Source: Flavobacteriales bacterium (GTDB taxonomy: Bacteria; Bacteroidota; Bacteroidia; Flavobacteriales_D; CAJJDF01). Taken from it: a stretch of 64,000 bases of DNA. This document shows positions 62,966-64,000 of this stretch, piece by piece (the first letter of the stretch is position 1; each line of letters begins with the position of its first letter). The stretch spans positions 5,349 to 69,348 of the forward strand of contig CBFHVI010000005.1 of the NCBI GenBank assembly GCA_965658995.1, in the 5' to 3' direction. The translations under genes and the position numbers were made by a program. Under the pieces are notes generated by a model. It ran no database searches. It was not told where the DNA came from and saw only the letters and a list, made by a program, of their open reading frames with translations.

Positions 62966-64000
62966 TTAGGATAGGAATTTTAGATACCCCTCCAATCCGT
63001 GCAATCCTCCTTCTCTTCCAAATCCGCTTTCTTTGTAACCTCCAAAGGGAGAAGTTGGGTCGAATTTATTGAATGTATTTGCCCATACAATCCCTGCTCT
63101 AAGCTGCGAAGTCATGTTAAATATCTTCGAGCCTTTGTCTGTCCACACTCCTGCCGAAAGTCCGTAAGGGGTGTTATTGGCTTTTGTAATAGCTTCTTCA
63201 ATCGTACGGAAAGTTTGGATTGCCAATACAGGCCCAAAAATCTCTTCTTGTACAATTCTATTGCTTTGTGCTACGCCAGTAAATAGGGTAGGTTTGCACC
63301 AATATCCTCTTTTATCTAGCTTACCATCTGGCTGATAAATTTCTGCACCTTCTTCTTTACCCAGTTTAATGTAATGGTTAATCGTATCTAATTGAGATTT
63401 AGAATTGATAGCTCCAATATCTGTATTTTTATCCAATGGATTTCCTATAATTAGGCTTTCCATTCGGTCTTTTAGTTTTCTCAGCACAATATCATACACT
63501 GACTCTTGCACCAATAATCGTGAACCGGCACAACACACATGCCCTTGATTAAAGAAAATTCCGTTCACAATTCCTTCTACAGCTTGGTCCAACGGAGCAT
63601 CTTCAAACACAATGTTGGCTGCTTTTCCGCCAAGTTCTAACGTTATTTTCTTGTCCGTCCCGGCAATGGCTTGTTGGATGAGTTTCCCCACACGCGTAGA
63701 ACCAGTAAAAGCAATTTTATCAATGTCAGGATGTTTTACAATTTCTGCACCTGTGTCTCCTGCACCTGTGACAATATTTACAACACCTGGGGGTAAGTCC
63801 GCTTCTTCAATGATTTCGGCAAGTAGAAGAGTAGTCAGCGAGGTAGTTTCGGCAGGTTTCAACACCACAGTATTTCCACAAGCCAAAGCTGGAGCAATTT
63901 TCCAAGCCGCCATCAGCAGTGGGAAATTCCAAGGAGTGATTTGTCCTGCCACACCCAATGATTTGGGGTTTCTGTTTGGAAAAGCGTACTCTAATTTATC
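62966..64000 (-). CDS. NAD(P)-dependent aldehyde dehydrogenase (N-terminus outside window)
   Basis: The frame is open to the window edge (..DKLEYAFPNRNPKSLGVAGQITPWNFPLL). ELGGKAA, FNQGHVCCAGSR, EEIFGPV and PFGGYKESGFGRE motifs. Confidence 0.9.
   Translation of the reverse strand, partial: DKLEYAFPNRNPKSLGVAGQITPWNFPLLMAAWKIAPALACGNTVVLKPAETTSLTTLLLAEIIEEADLPPGVVNIVTGAGDTGAEIVKHPDIDKIAFTGSTRVGKLIQQAIAGTDKKITLELGGKAANIVFEDAPLDQAVEGIVNGIFFNQGHVCCAGSRLLVQESVYDIVLRKLKDRMESLIIGNPLDKNTDIGAINSKSQLDTINHYIKLGKEEGAEIYQPDGKLDKRGYWCKPTLFTGVAQSNRIVQEEIFGPVLAIQTFRTIEEAITKANNTPYGLSAGVWTDKGSKIFNMTSQLRAGIVWANTFNKFDPTSPFGGYKESGFGREGGLHGLEGYLKFLS

Overview
This is an AT-rich, gene-dense chromosomal window that reads as Bacteroidota, probably Flavobacteriia-like. 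The evidence is T9SS C-terminal sorting domains, a GldC-like gene, exact TAnnTTTG -7 promoter boxes, no obvious Shine-Dalgarno sites, a four-helix-bundle (23S-IVS-type) gene, and the ftsX-DUF3098-uppP-truB-queA and TPR-DUF4292-M23 blocks. I count about 60 protein genes and one tRNA-Val(UAC). Most of the content is housekeeping: atpF'-atpH-atpA-atpG, msrC plus an alkaline phosphatase, recO, dusB, purH-mreBCD, an aromatic amino-acid catabolism cluster (hmgA, hppD, kynA), thiL, ispD, queA, truB, uppP, ftsX, uvrA, an LptF/G permease, secA, mltG and scattered polysaccharide genes (Wzy-like, Wzz-like, Wzx-like, GT2). I see no transposase, integrase, CRISPR array, rRNA or recognisable defence gene, so I cannot point to one clear-cut new system. 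The items most worth a second look are: (1) an outer-membrane-barrel gene followed by two tandem lipoprotein CotH-type kinase paralogues; (2) a translationally coupled pair of unknown genes (one with a permuted His...NC-x-x-F papain-like motif) upstream of a frameshifted ECF sigma factor and a 48-aa membrane ORF; (3) three tandem TRL-like mini-lipoproteins; (4) a family of nested-hairpin intergenic repeats with compensatory base changes that bracket accessory genes; (5) heptad-periodic purine/pyrimidine tracts that form an inverted repeat around the four-helix-bundle gene and 'empty' hairpins in other spacers; (6) an aldehyde-dehydrogenase paralogue lacking its catalytic domain; (7) a secreted-protein gene wedged between atpH and atpA. 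All protein calls come from motif and family recognition by eye. No similarity search was possible.
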